Shown piece after piece: positions 63,170 to 64,000 of a stretch of 64,000 bases of DNA. The DNA is from Macrostomum lignano (taxonomy: Eukaryota), in NCBI GenBank assembly GCA_002269645.1, contig NIVC01000913.1, positions 1 to 64,000 on the forward strand. Direction: 5' to 3'. A model generated the notes under the pieces. It made no database searches. It was given only the letters and a program-made list of their open reading frames with translations, and had not been told where the DNA came from. The number at the start of each line of letters is the position of its first letter. The stretch's first letter is position 1. The translations under genes and the position numbers were made by a program.

Positions 63170-64000
63170 AGAACCCCGAATCCTTAAATCCCAACCCTGA
63201 TCCTAAATATCCCAGAATGCTGATCCCAAATCCTTGAATCCTGATCCCGAATCCTTGAATCCCAACCCCGATCCCAAATCCCAGAATCCTGATCCCAAAT
63301 CCTTGAATCTTGATCCCAAATCCTTGAATCCTGATCCCAAATTCCAGAATCCTGATCCCAAATCCTTGAATCTTGATCCCAAATCCTTGAATCCTGATTC
63401 CAAATTCCAGAATCCTGATTGACTGATTCCCAATCCCAGAATCCTGATCCCAAACCCCAGAATCCTGATCCCAAATCCTTGAATCTTGAACCCAAATCCT
63501 TAAATCTTGAACCCAAATCCTTAAATCTTGATCCCAAATCCTTGAATCCTGATTCCAAATTCCAGAATCCTGATCCCAAATCCCAGAATCCTGATCCCAA
63601 ATCCTTGAATCTTGATCCCAAATCCTTGAATCTTGATCCCAAATCCTTGAATCTTGATCCCAAATCCTTGAATCCTGATTCCAAATTCCAGAATCCTGAT
63701 TGACTGATTCCCAATCCCAGAATCCTGATCCCAAACCCCAGAATCCTGATCCCAAATCCTTGAATCTTGAACCCAAATCCTTGAATCTTGAACCCAAATC
63801 CTTGAATCTTGAACCCAAATCCTTGAATCTTGAACCCAAATCCTTAAATCTTGAACCCAAATTCTTGAATCTTGAACCCAAATCCTTGAATCCTGATCCC
63901 AAATCCTTGAATCTTGATCCCAAATCCTTGAATCCTGATCCCAAATCCCAGAATCCTGATCCCAAATCCCAGAATCCTGATCCCTTATCCCAGAATCATG
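63170..64000. repeat. Minisatellite with 21-bp unit AATCCTTGAATCTTGATCCCA
   Basis: Tandem units continuing to the window end. Confidence 0.95.

Overview
Eukaryotic (metazoan) genomic DNA with GC-rich exons, AT-rich spacers and about 30 different tandem-repeat arrays. The style resembles the flatworm Macrostomum, but that is an inference only. Genes supported by the sequence are: (1) a secreted PAN/Apple-domain protein running off the left edge (-); (2) a multi-exon ADAM (+, exons from 20083 to 27485) whose zinc-binding motif is lost, with a 1-nt frameshift near 26390 and a probable alternative last exon at 28330-28683; (3) a convergent, intronless 812-aa neprilysin/M13-like type II membrane protein (-) whose HExxH is also degenerate; (4) a complete 5-exon cathepsin F with an N-terminal cystatin domain (-); and (5) a probable two-RING, membrane-anchored E3 ligase (+). 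Mobile DNA includes a mariner remnant, an internally deleted RTE-like LINE with a 14-bp direct flank, three copies of a CACAG-ended MITE (one with a perfect 8-bp TSD), a 1.3-kb hAT-like element inserted into a minisatellite, and smaller MITE-like or palindromic elements. Most long ORFs in the supplied track are artefacts of tandem repeats. Parts of the window show indel noise typical of poorly polished long reads. No rRNA, tRNA or CRISPR array was found. The best candidate for an undescribed system is the tail-to-tail pair of catalytically dead cell-surface metallopeptidases, both carrying dense TTCnnnGAA motif clusters at their 3' ends, but this is a hypothesis.
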